From: Kondoa subrosea
Lineage: Eukaryota
Assembly (NCBI GenBank): GCA_039545335.1
Contig: BCIN01000002.1
Coordinates: 2,820,678 to 2,884,677 of the forward strand
Length of the DNA: 64,000 nt
Direction: 5' to 3'
Part shown: in pieces, positions 1-11,488 of the stretch
Position numbering within the stretch: the stretch's first letter is position 1
Layout: every line of letters starts with the position of its first letter
Notes under the pieces: generated by a model
Told to the model about the DNA's origin: nothing
The model's input: only the letters and a program-made list of their open reading frames with translations
The model's database searches: none
Program-made: the position numbers and the translations under genes

Positions 1-738
1 CCTAGCATCTCGATGCCTTGGAAGCTCGGTACACCCCATGCGACGAGATAATCAGACATCTGTCCACTGCCGTAGAGCTGCTTATTAAGAAGTGGGGTCA
101 TTGCAAGCAGAACAACTGCATTCCAGAAGAGAATATGTTTCGTTATTGCAAAGAGGAAAGCACGAGGTTCAGAAAGGAAAGTTGGCGGTAGTCTGTCTGG
201 TCGAACGCCCCAGGACCTAGTCTTTTGATCAGCTGAAGCATGCGCAGGTTGATAACCCAGGCAGACCATCCAATACCTCTATATATAAATGATCAGCCGC
301 TAACAGTAGACAGCACAAATGAAGTGCTCACCTCATACTAGTCATCATCTCATATGTCCAGCGAAATCTCGGAAGCGGTTTTCCTAGCCAAACATACTCC
401 TCTTCGCTTCTAAAGGCCATTTCTACGGAGCGCATGATTCCATAGGCACCTGGAACTCCAAACATGATAGTGTCTAGCAGAGTGGCTCCATAGAAGGAGT
501 ATCGAAAGGAATATCGAATACAGAGGAAGATGATTGGAGGCAGGAGCGCTATTCGATACAGTCTAGTGTTCTTGTATTGCAACAGGTGGACTTGAAGAAT
601 GAAGAGAGGAGCTACTGAGTAGCTAGCAATGTGTTGGCTTCCATTGCATATAGGAAAGTGAAATTATCAAGCCTACGCTGTTGCCAATTCAGCTACGGAA
701 TCTACAGGAAGCAGTCTATCGTAATTTGAAGGTAGCAT
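1..738 (-). CDS. Membrane-bound O-acyltransferase (MBOAT_2 / wax-synthase-like), 5' part; runs off the window start
   Basis: Spliced model MLPSNYDR...YSVAPLFILQVHLLQYKNTRLYRIALLP (hydrophobic). The next exon gives MRGIGW, the RGIGW motif typical of fungal MBOAT_2/TRI7-like proteins. Confidence 0.65.
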
Positions 739-862
739 GGTATCTAAATCAGCATGTAAGCATGGGTATGTCTTGGTTGGCTCTTAGCAGTCAAGCGTGC
801 TGAATTCTGGGCATGGAGAACATTGCTTCCCATAATCTCATACCGGTCAATTCACTCTAGCA

Positions 863-1959
863 TCAGACAGGTGTATTGTACAATCTGCATCTCACCATGA
901 ACAACAGAACGTGAAAAGATAAGCAGCAACATACCGATCACCAACCTATAAAGCTTTTGTCAATGGAGACTCTAGCAAAGGTCAGGAATCTACTCACATC
1001 GCCAGCTCCAGGTACGACATAACCCTTACTATTTAACTCCTCATCTGTTTCAAAGCCATTAGAGACATTAATATCCATCACATCCCTCGCGACTTACCAA
1101 GTCCAGCAATAACGATCTGTAATCCAGGACATTGTTGAATGACATTCTGTATACCAGGCATACTGCCCAGAATGCAAAGAAGCTTGATTTGCTTCATTTC
1201 AACTCCCCATTCTTGCAACTGTAATACGTCTATATTAATACTGTAACAAACAGCGGAAGAGAATCATTGACCATATGTACAGCTGCAATAGCAGTACCAC
1301 CTGTACAAATTCGACCGGTCAGCCGTGTTGAACAATCTTGCAAGCTAGAAACTAACCTGTTGCGATCATCGGATCTACCAGATAGACGGTATCTACACCA
1401 CCTCTTGAAGCAGGTAGGCGACTGTAATACTCTGTTGGCTGATCGGGCAAAAATCAGTCTCCATCCTCATTGAAAACGCGGACATTTACTTGAAGCGAGA
1501 CCTATTAACGAGGATAAGCTTTATCGCATTGCAGTAATAGTTCGGCCGCACCTTATCTCTATATAAACCCAAATGATAGACTGGAGCAGAAGGGAAGAGC
1601 TCCAACAGGGAATCAAGCATAGCGTTTCCAGCTCGCATGATAGGTACAATAGCTAAAGAGTTCTTGATCTTGAAGCCTGTGAAAGTTGTGATAGGTGATT
1701 CCTGTTCTCCATTACTCAGTATCTGTCTCTTAGAATGAGTGCGAATAGACTCAGGACATACTTCTTGGATTTCCTCAAGCTCAAGATCTTTGGACGCTTC
1801 TATAGCTACAAGCAGACTGAGCTCTTTGCTCAGTCGACGGAACTCTGCAGGTTGAGTCTTTTTGCTTCTCAATAAGGTGAGCTTGTGCTTGCAGAGCGGA
1901 CTCTCCAATAAAGTAAGCATATCGAGCCCTTCAAGCGATTGTGTTCTGGCCATGTCCAT
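863..1959 (-). CDS. Uracil phosphoribosyltransferase (Upp-like type), multi-exon
   Basis: Motifs HKLTLLR, EFRRL, VPIMRAG, HLGLYRD, PRPP-binding DPMIATGGT and C-terminal GYVVPGAGDVGDRLYNT. Stop TGA at 863-865 after a final intron. The start could be 1959, 1953 or 1920. Confidence 0.93.
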
Positions 1960-2208
1960 GCTTGCGCGTTGTCTTGCAATTGATGAGTGGTTAAAGGAAG
2001 TGGTGGGCTATGAGACAGATTAGATCGAAGATGCTCGACAAGCACCGAACGCTTATCAGTTTGTGTATCCGCTAAAGTTGGGGTCAGAGACATGTCAAGA
2101 TTTCTGTTACAAGTAAAGTAATGAAGTTCATATGAGTATGCTATCTACAGTAATGCCTCGTGTCCAAAAAGTGAATGCGTAATGTACATATCGATTTTTA
2201 AAGGAATA

Positions 2209-5133
2209 TCAACGCTTCGCCTGTTTCTTGAGTCTGGACGAAGTTCTTCTGTTACTGCTCTCCATCTCCGCGACAGCAACAACAGGTGTAGATTTAGCTG
2301 AACTTGTTCTTGTCCTCGCTGCAGGTTTCTTGACTGGAGTAGGATGAACCACGCTTGTTCGTTTTGACGATCTTGTTGATCTCGTCAAAGCAGCAGGCAT
2401 ATCTTCATCTTCATCCATTGCTGTTGTAGCTGGTGTATCGGATAAACCACATTTCCCTTCTTCTTCTGGTTCCGAAGAAGACGATGATAATTCAGATAAA
2501 TCAGAATCAGAGAAAGATGATGAAGGTTGTTTTCGTTTATTCGTGCCATATGAAGCTGTAGATTTGGTTGGATCATCAAAAGGCTGACTTTCCACTGCGC
2601 TGACGAAAGTAGATGCAGCATAACCATTCGTTCCGTTCAGCTTCAGTGGTTGAGCCATAGAATAGGCAGGCACAGTTTGACCTGCTGCGAAGCTTTCTTC
2701 AGGTTGATAGCGCGATGCGATGGATTCTGTTTTGCGGAGATCGGCTGGAGTGTTGTCGTTCAGTCGCACATTTTCTGTGCAATTGTCAGACATGCCTAGA
2801 ATATGAAGCGAGACATACGCATTCGCTGAGAGAAAGCTCCACCGCTGTCGTCTCCATCAAGATCGGCAGCCGATGTGTTCGTTGTGGTATTCGTAGATGG
2901 CTTGATGAAAGAAGGTCGGTAGCCAGGCGGCAGAGCAGGATTAGGCGGTAAACACGATATCGATCCGCTGCTTTCTTGTTTCTCCCTGTGAGTCAGCACA
3001 CAAGAAATTAATCAGCACCTAGACTGAAATTCCCGCGTCAAAACGTACCTTGCTGCATCTAGCCAAGGATGTCGAAGTGCTTCACCTGTTCAAAGCATCA
3101 GCATGTACGATAGACATAGAAACGATTTACGGACTAGCTGTCATTCGTTCTCGTGGGTCAAAAGTGAGCAATCGTCGAATAAAGTCAATGCCTGTATCAA
3201 CTGATATCAGCTTACTTCGTTTGCCCATGTAACGATCTTACCTGCATCCGATATCCGAAGACTGACAAGCGCTTGATAATCTGGTGCTCTCGTCCTCATC
3301 CGTACTTGCAGTGGAGCATTCTCGTCTAGATCACCTCACATGAATACCGGACTCCCGGAAGATCAGCTATCTGGCTAACCTTCATCGAATGGCGACGCGT
3401 TAGCCAAGATAGCGTAGACTATCACACCAATACTCCAAGCATCAACAGCGAAACTATATCCACCATGACCATGTTGCTGTTGTGTCGACCGAAATTTCAA
3501 TGAGCTGGAAACTTAAGTCAATTACGAAAACACCAACCTGAAGTACTACTTCCGGAGCTAGATATGTAGGTGTTCCGCAAGCTGTTTTCAGGAAAGTCTA
3601 CCCTCAATTTCTGATCAATTAAACCATCGCTGTGTCAGATGAAGGGAAAGAAGTCTACCTGATTGTCCACAATCTTTGCCAACCCAAAGTCAGAGACTTT
3701 GATCACTGGTGCATCCCCTCTCGTGAGAAGTACGTTGTCCGGTTTCAAATCTCGATGACAAACGCCTTGTTTGTGTAGATATTCGACGGCGAGACAGATT
3801 TGTCTTGCTATTTCGGCTGCTGGTTCTTCGCCTGTGAGTTGCAATAAAGGCTCAAAAACAGGTCGACGACTTGTTAGAGCAACAGAGCTCACTCAGTCCA
3901 TCCCGATTTATAGCATAATCTAAGTAATGGATCACCAACGGTAGTACACAGAGTAGAAATGAGCTGACCTAGCAGATCACCACCATCTACGAATTCCATA
4001 ACGATGTACATGTATTCATCATCTTCGAAATAGTTCTCGTATTCGACAATATGATCCTTTAGATTAAGAAGCCCATTGTAGCCTCAATGAGACAGAATGA
4101 GAAGTGTGACCTACATGTTTCAGACTCTTGATGATTTCGACTTCTCGTTCAAGCATCTTGAAGGTTTCTATGGGCCAATAACTCCCCATTTAGCATGCAG
4201 AGCAGACTGAATGGAAGATTGCTCACTCGGATTATTGATAAACCTCTTTCTTTACACCAAGTCAGCGCAATATTAGCCGTAAGCGAGTGATGTACGAACT
4301 TATGTATGATCTGCTTGTATGATCCAGCCTCAACTGAATTCAAAGTATGGATGTTCACTCACTTTAACAGCCTTGAATTCTCCAGTTTTTCGGTTGATAG
4401 CTCTCTTGACGGTAGCGAAAGAACCTTTGCCAATTTGATCCCTCACATCGTACTCTACGTATAAACCTCCAGCTGCTTGAGGATCAATGACGAGCTTGCT
4501 GCCTAAAGGATAAGCGCGGAAAATGTATCGAAAGTCTTCCTCCAGCGTAGTCTGTATGACAGATTATTGCTCAGCACTCGACATTGCTTAGCATGAGATC
4601 CGACATACTGAAGGAGGACCAAAAGAGACTTCGACCCCATTGTTCAAGACAGTCTTCACTCCTTTGCCAACTTTGGTTCCATCGACATATAAACCATTCA
4701 TGCTCAAATCTTCCACAAGAACAATTTCAGGTGATCCGCCAACACTTGCAGGCTCTAACCAGATCCGACAATGCAAACTTGATGCTTTGTTTGAAGAGAT
4801 ATGGAAATCCACAACTTGTTTGTTTCTACCAAAAGTATACGAAGCTCTAGGATTGGGATGATCGCGCCGAAGTTTGAAAGATTGCAAGTTTGGCGTGCAG
4901 GGGAATAATACTCCGTACAGATCCTCAGGCGTTTCTCTGTTATTCTGTGAAGGTGTACAGGCAGGTTGCGTTTGAGATGGTTGGGTGTAGGACTGAGTCT
5001 CTTGAATAAACGATTGCCCTTCAGCGTCAAGTTGGGATTCAGCCATTGTAGAATCCTCGTCTACTTCAGTCTCGTTATAGGATGTGACAGTCAAAGTCGA
5101 GTCGTGGACAGGTGAAAGGAAAGGCAAGCGCAT
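2209..5133 (-). CDS. Chk2/Rad53/Cds1-family FHA-domain Ser/Thr checkpoint kinase
   Basis: N-terminal SQ/TQ cluster ([15 protein letters not shown]), FHA motifs (FGR, SSLHC, DLSMNG), kinase motifs [33 protein letters not shown], and a low-complexity tail. Alternative start at 5046. Confidence 0.9.
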
Positions 5134-5211
5134 TTCGTTTTCGCAAATTGCGAGATGGATGTCACCTTCTGAAAGGTTCGGAAGTCGAAAAAATGGCTCT
5201 CGAGATCAGGT

Positions 5212-5330
5212 ACGCGCAGAATCTATAAGTGTTCATGTTCTCATTACACTGCTTATTTAACGCGTCCTAAAGCTTGCGCAAAGCTGAATATAACGAAAAC
5301 AACATTGATAGACCGACCTAGATTACGCGA
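5212..5330. promoter_or_regulatory. Candidate MCB-like (ACGCGT/ACGCG) elements upstream of the checkpoint kinase
   Basis: ACGCGT at 5260-5265, ACGCG at 5212 and ACGCGA at 5325. This fits MBF-type G1/S control of checkpoint genes in yeasts, but CGCG also occurs upstream of other genes here. Confidence 0.35.
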
Positions 5331-6118
5331 GCAGTACTTCTTGAGGAATCGCTAGCCAGCGACACACCCTCTGAGACGGTGAATCAGGTGTCAGACCAAG
5401 TATTTGTGGTGCCCTGATGCAGAATTCAACAACCTATTGCTGCAAAGGAAAATGAGGCTCACTTTCGGTCGATATGTCGACCGGCTGCGATCGAATTTGG
5501 CTGTACTTCTTAATCGCTTCGAGTCCTTGCTGAAGACTTCCAATTGACATCGACGCAACTATCGAATAGAAATCGGTTCAGACTTCGGGACCAAAGTATA
5601 TCAGAACTAAGAACCCTGCGCAAATCTGATCTTGGCCACTATTAGACAGTTCATCAGCTATATGATAATGGCGACAAGAGAAATTGCCACACATTGCTTT
5701 CACCACTGTTGAATTGACCTACTCCAAGCCAATCCGGAACAATCAAGTCAGGATCCATCTTCTGATACTCCCCAAAGTAGCGTGAGTAGGTGATAGCCAG
5801 CTTCAATAACTCGATACGGCATCAAGTTGGACGCAAAGAGGAGTTTAGCCAGATCGACTAGCGAATCAATTTGACATGTATCCCACTTCCATTCTTTAGA
5901 TTGGGAATGGCGGAAGTGACTTGCCCTGCTGATTGCTGAATACGCTTGACTTCCTGCCCGCATGCTGAAATTACAGCTAAATCAATTAATTGTCCGAAGA
6001 GGATGATATTTATGCGTCCGAAGGGGCAAAACGTCGACACAATCAAGAGGGATTGAAAACATGAAATCTGAGTGGATAACAGAGAAAGAAGAATGTAGAG
6101 CAGATTGGAGAGAAGCAT
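5330..6118 (-). CDS. Possible small secreted protein, multi-exon; model uncertain
   Basis: Signal-peptide-like MLLSNLLYILLSLLSTQISC followed by coding-like segments (VISACGQEVKRIQQSAGQVTSAIPNL; IGSLQQGLEAIKKYSQ) separated by intron-like stretches. I could not close a full model. Confidence 0.3.
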
Positions 6119-6486
6119 TGTGCTCCCCGTACAGCGGATCATAACGCTATAGAGCCACTACAACAGAAGAAGCATTCGACGCGGGCATCCCGATTCATCG
6201 AAGTGCTGAATATCTGAGCACCATACGATACTTACTATCCTTGGGCTAGCGCCAAAAGAGCTGAGAGAAGCCCACGCGAGAAGAATAGCATGAGTGACGC
6301 GGAAGTCCAGAATGCGTTGCTTGTATACTACAGCACGCTGCCGCGATGGTCTGCAATGATCGTGCAGCAAAGGACAAACAATACTCATCACACGAGACCA
6401 TGTCGTAGAACACATCATCGCTCGAGAACAACCTTCTGATATTTCTATTTAGCTGATCAATCCCCTACGGCCACTCTCAAGCAAAG

Positions 6487-7773
6487 ATGGCTTCCGCGAC
6501 ACATGATTTTCCACAGCTAAAGAATGATCTGATGCTTCGTGCTGCGAGGAAAGAGAAGACTGAGCGAAGTCCAGTTTGGGTTATGCGTCAAGCAGGTCGC
6601 TATTTACCAGAGTACCGCTTTCTTTCCTGGCTCATCATTGTCTTTTCACTCATTACATGTTATAACTTTCTCAGATTCCGTGAAATGCGCAAGAAGCATG
6701 AATTCTTTGAAATCTGTCGATCACCTGAATTGGCCTGCGAAATTACTTTGCAACCTATTCGTCGTTATTCCGGTCTGTTGGATGCAGCAATCATCTTCTC
6801 AGATATCCTAGTCATTCCGCAAGCTATGGGCATGGTAGTAGAAATGTTACCTGCTCAAGGACCGCATTTCCCAAACCCTATCGTCACAGTCGAAGATGCA
6901 CAGACGATACTGGACAGACAAGTGAATACGGATCAAGAATTATCTTATGTTTATTCAGCAATCACTTTAACGAGGAAAGAATTGAAAGGTCAAGTACCGC
7001 TCATTGGCTTTTCGGGAGCTCCTTGGACTTTATTCGCTTATATTATCGAAGGAGGTGGTAGCAAAACGTTTCAGAAAGCGAAAACCTGGTTATGGGACCG
7101 ACCGGATTTGTCAAAGAAGCTGCTCAGCAAAATAGCTCATATATGTTCAGAATACCTAGTTGGTCAAATACGAGCAGGCGCACAGGTCCGTTCATATTGG
7201 GTCCTTTTAGCTTAAGCTAATGTAAGCAATATCGACTGGACAGCTAGTTCAAGTCTTTGATTCTTGGGCTGGAGAACTTACACCAAGAGACTTCAAGCAA
7301 TTCTCACTTCCCTACCTCTTACAAATACGAGAAACCGTTCATTCCCTCTTACAAAAAGAAGGTCTTACGCCCGTCCCAATGATTGTTTTCGCAAAGGGAG
7401 CAAATGGGCATGCTCTAAACTTACTGGCGGATTTGGGTTATGAGGTTGTTGGTTTGGATTGGACTGTCAGTGCGGCTGAAGCGAGGAAGATTGTTGGGGA
7501 TCGTTGTGCTTTGCAAGGGAATTTGGATCCGAGTTTGTTGTATGCTGATAAGGAAGCGCTCAGGCGGGAAGTGGAGGTGATGTTCAGTGAGGAAGACGGT
7601 TTTGGGACGAATGGGGCTCATATCGCTAATCTCGGTCATGGTGAGCGACATTGATCTTGCTGAAGGAGGACCTCATGTCGACCATTTCCACAGGTATAAC
7701 CCCTGCAGTGGATCCGGAGACAATGAGGTGTTTCCTTGAATCAGTGCACAAGTATTCAGCAGCGAAGTTATGA
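6487..7773 (+). CDS. HEM12: Uroporphyrinogen decarboxylase (intact copy A)
   Basis: [53 protein letters not shown] and ANLGHGI motifs; three introns; stop TGA at 7771-7773. Confidence 0.97.
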
Positions 7774-8113
7774 AATGCAATGATCGCGGAATGACCACTA
7801 CTCCATGATCACTACATGTTATTTTGTGCTGCGTCCAAAGCTATGTACAAAACTGTTCTACAAATCTGTACGTACGCATCGACTTACAAGCATCGTCCAT
7901 CAGCCAGAATGTCACAATCCAGGCAGGATATTGCCTGGTGAGAGGCTTTAAGCAGATCGGAAGCTAAAGTGAAAGCGCTGAGATGAGGTCGAAACAATGG
8001 CAATGCATGCGATGGTACAAGCGATTAGAATATTTTACAAAAAGACGATAAAGGCACTACCCAACGCAAGGCTGGGTGATATTACAAACACATAGATACT
8101 ACAGCGCTCCGTG

Positions 8114-8964
8114 TCAAGCCGTCTTCTTCTTGTCTGCATCTGCAAAGGAGTTTTCCTCTTGTGCTAGCTTAGGCGAATGGTTCTTCGATCCAAAGCCAGA
8201 GTCATGTGACTTGGTTCTGGTTCTGGAGCTTGAAAACATGGATGTGGTGAACCTTCTCCACAGAGCAGCCGGCCATGTTTCCTGGCGAGAACAGTACTCA
8301 GAAAACAGATTAGCTGCAAATTTCATCGGCATTAGTGCTTATCCGAACAAGTGATGGAAGAGAGCCTACACCATAGGCTCCTGTAACATTTATCTACTTC
8401 TGCCCACCATAAAGCTTCAATCAATCGCTTGCCTGCTTCTTCGTTTAGGTCCAGCTTGTTGACCAAAGTTCTGTACCAACTTAGGCTAAGGAGGATAGAG
8501 AGGAATAGCAATTTAATTACTTACGTTGTATATTGAGGGTTCTTGAACTCCTGCTCCAACGCAACCGGATCCGCAGAACATGCAATCGCCTTCTTCCGCG
8601 TTTCCATGGCTTTGTCAAGCATGGAAACACTTTCATCAGGACCCTCTATTGGTCGAAGAGCATCGTCGAGAGCTTTTAACGAGACATCCTGTCCTGGTTC
8701 TCGACAGCATTCCAACTCGATAGCAGCGGTATGACAGCTCTAAGCGCCTTCTCAGGATGAAACGCAGGCTAAGTAATTAGATATACATACACTCAGTAGC
8801 TTTGATAGTTGCGGAGTCAGGCGAATGCGAAGAACATGCTGTAGACCAGGTCCAAATTCGTCCAAAGTGCTCTTTGTTATCAAATGAGGCGCAGGCAAAG
8901 AAGAATCCCAGTGAATATATAAGCAGTCTTTTACGGGCAGCGGAATAGACCAGGAGGTTTGCAT
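8114..8964 (-). CDS. Orphan multi-exon gene inside the insert between the HEM12 copies
   Basis: MQTSWSIPLPV...LSKLLS | SCHTAAIELECCREP...NPQYTT | TLVNKLDLNEEAGKRLIEALWW joined by canonical GT-AG introns. The last junction is out of phase, so the 3' end is uncertain. Confidence 0.45.
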
Positions 8965-9052
8965 AGATTGCGAATGTGGTGGTTGCAAGCGAAAGATGCG
9001 AGTTTGCAAATTCAGACTTAAGCCTGCGCAAGTTTGTCCCGAAACAACAGTC

Positions 9053-9826
9053 ATGGATCTGGAACCTCAAGCAGTCATTTGGATCGCCAACGTCGTAACT
9101 TGGGCGTTGATAGCCTTTCACTGGTACATGAATTGGCCGGACAACTTGAGCGTTTGTTTACTTCTCCCTCTATGTGACGGGAACCCGGAGTTAAAGGACT
9201 GTGTACAGGTGTCAAGCTGGTCACTGACTTCTGGTCCCAAACGAACTCAGCGCTTCAGATTGAGTCAGGGACGCTTGTACGGGGTTATCGCCTTCACCTG
9301 GATTCCCATTCTTTGGAATGTCTTGACACCTTTCTTGTTCATGCTTCCTCAAGCACCAGAGATACCTTGGATCGGATTGATTTTCAAACCGCTCAAAAGC
9401 TTCCTTCTTCGGCCTTTCCTGTTCCCCATCTCTATCGCAGCTTCTTTAGCTATCACTATCTTCCAGTACTCCTTTCTCTTCTGAGTTTTGTCAATTGACC
9501 CACAAGATGCGCCAGAGAAGATCAAACTCCAAAGAGAAGCATTGGCAAGCTATGTCCCCATCCAACCTTCTCCAATTCCCTCTTGGTACGAAGTTATCGT
9601 CTTTCTCGTCTATTATACCGACAGCCGGATCCTCCTGAAGACCGCTCTTCGCGTACTTCGGCTTACCAGACAATGGAAAGAACAGGGTATGATTGACAAA
9701 GCGGGAGATGAGGAGTTGAAAGATGGCAGTGAGGAAAGAGAAGAAGTGGAAGGTGAGATGAGTCCTGAAGCTGAAGATGACGACAATGTCACTGCAAGTC
9801 AAGTTCAAGGCGATGAGATTGCTTGA
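9053..9826 (+). pseudogene. Orphan membrane protein gene with an in-frame TGA at 9482-9484
   Basis: ORFs 8996-9484 and 9488-9826 are in the same frame, separated only by one TGA. There are several hydrophobic segments and an acidic C-tail. Confidence 0.45.
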
Positions 9827-9890
9827 TTGCATGAGAAGGCAGTCAATGATTGGGAGGATAGAATAGAAAGGTAGCAGGACAGTGCTCATA

Positions 9891-10854
9891 CTCGTATTTG
9901 GCCAATTAGGTATTCTGAACATATATGAGCTATTTTGCTGAGCAGCTTCTTTGACAAATCCGGTCGGTCCCATAACCAGGTTTTCGCTTTCTGGAACGTT
10001 TTGCTACCACCTCCTTCTATCATATAAGCAATAAAGTCCAAGGAGCTCCCGAAAACCCAATGAGCGGTACTTGACCTTTCAATTCTTTCCTCGTCAGAGT
10101 AATTGCTGAATAGACATAAGATAATTCTTGATCCGTATTCACTTGTCTATCCAGTATTGTTTGCGCATCTTCGACTGTGACGATAGGGTTTGGGAAATGC
10201 GGTCCTTGAGCAGGTAACATTTCTACTACCATGCCCATAGCTTGCGGAATGACTAGGATATCTGAGAAGATGATTGCTGCATCCAACAGACCCGAATAAC
10301 GGCGAATAGGTTGCAAAGTAATTTCGCAGGCCAATTCAGGTGATCGACAGATTTCAAAGAATTCATGCTTCTTGCGCATCTCGCGAAATCTAAGAAAGTT
10401 ATAAACATGTAATCAGTGAAAAGGTAATGATGAGCTAGGAAAGAATGCGGTACTCTGGTAAATAGCGACCTGCTTGACGCATAACCCAAACTGGACTTCG
10501 CTCAGTCTTCTCTTTCCTCGCCGCACGCAGCATCAGATCATTCTTTAGCGCTGGAAAATCATGTGTCGTGGAAGCCATCTTTGCTTGAGAGTGGCCGTAT
10601 GGGATTGATCAACGAAATAGAAATGTCATAAGGTTGTTCTCGAGCGATGATGTGGTCTGCAAAATGGTCTTGAATGATGGTCATTGTTGGTCCTTTGCTG
10701 CGCAATCACTTGCAGGCCATTGTCAGAGCGTGCTGTGCTATACAAACAACCTATTCTGGACTTCCGCGTAACTCATGCTATTTCTCTCGCGTGGGCTTCT
10801 CCTATGGCGCTCAAGCACAAGGAATAGTTAGCATCGTATGGGGCTCAGAGATTC
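9891..10854 (-). pseudogene. HEM12: Inverted promoter plus 5' half of HEM12 copy B (ATG at 10578), frameshifted and truncated
   Basis: Reverse-complement match to 6208-7174. A 1-nt deletion near 10030 (TTATTGCTT vs TTATTCGCTT) gives WTLLLI* instead of WTLFAYI. Homology ends at 9891. Confidence 0.93.
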
Positions 10855-11465
10855 TTCAGAATACCTAAATACGAGCCAAGGGATTTCAAGCAATTCTCAC
10901 TTCTCTACCTCTTACAAATACGTGAAACCGTTCATTCCCTCCTACAAAAAGAAGGTCTTACGCCCGTCCCAATGATTGTTTTCGCAAAAGGAGCGAATGG
11001 GCATGCTTTGAACTTGCTGGCGGATTTGGGTTATGAAGTTGTTGGTTTGGATTGGACTGTCAGTGCGGCTGAAGCGAGAAAGATTGTTGGGGATCGTTGT
11101 GCTTTGCAAGGGAATTTGGATCCGAGTTTGTTGTATGCTGATAAGGAAGCGCTCAAAAGGGAGGTGGAGGTCATGTTCAGCGAGCAAGATGGGTTTGGGA
11201 CGAATGGCTCTCATATCGCTAATCTTGGTCATGGTAAGTGTCATTGTCTTTGGTAGAAAGAGGGCTTCGAGTTGACCATTCCCACAGGTATAACTCCTGC
11301 AGTGGATCCGGATACAATGAGGTGTTTCCTAGAGTCAGTGCACAAGTATTCAGCAGCGAAGTTATGAGATGCAATGATCATTGACTGATATACTTGCCGC
11401 GTCCAAAGCTATGTACAAGAATATTCTACAAATCTGTATTTACACATCTACTATATGTACATCGG
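10855..11465 (+). pseudogene. HEM12: Direct-orientation 3' half plus 3' UTR of HEM12 copy B
   Basis: Matches 7146-7175 (with an 8-nt deletion) fused to 7284-~7895. It lacks 7176-7283, including VQVFDSWAG. Stop TGA at 11365-11367. Confidence 0.93.
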
Positions 11466-11488
11466 TCTTTTCTTCTATACTTACGTGA

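Noticed and set aside
6206..11465. Transposon terminal inverted repeats or LTRs
   Set aside because: The repeats are HEM12 gene sequence. I saw no transposase, reverse transcriptase or target-site duplication.
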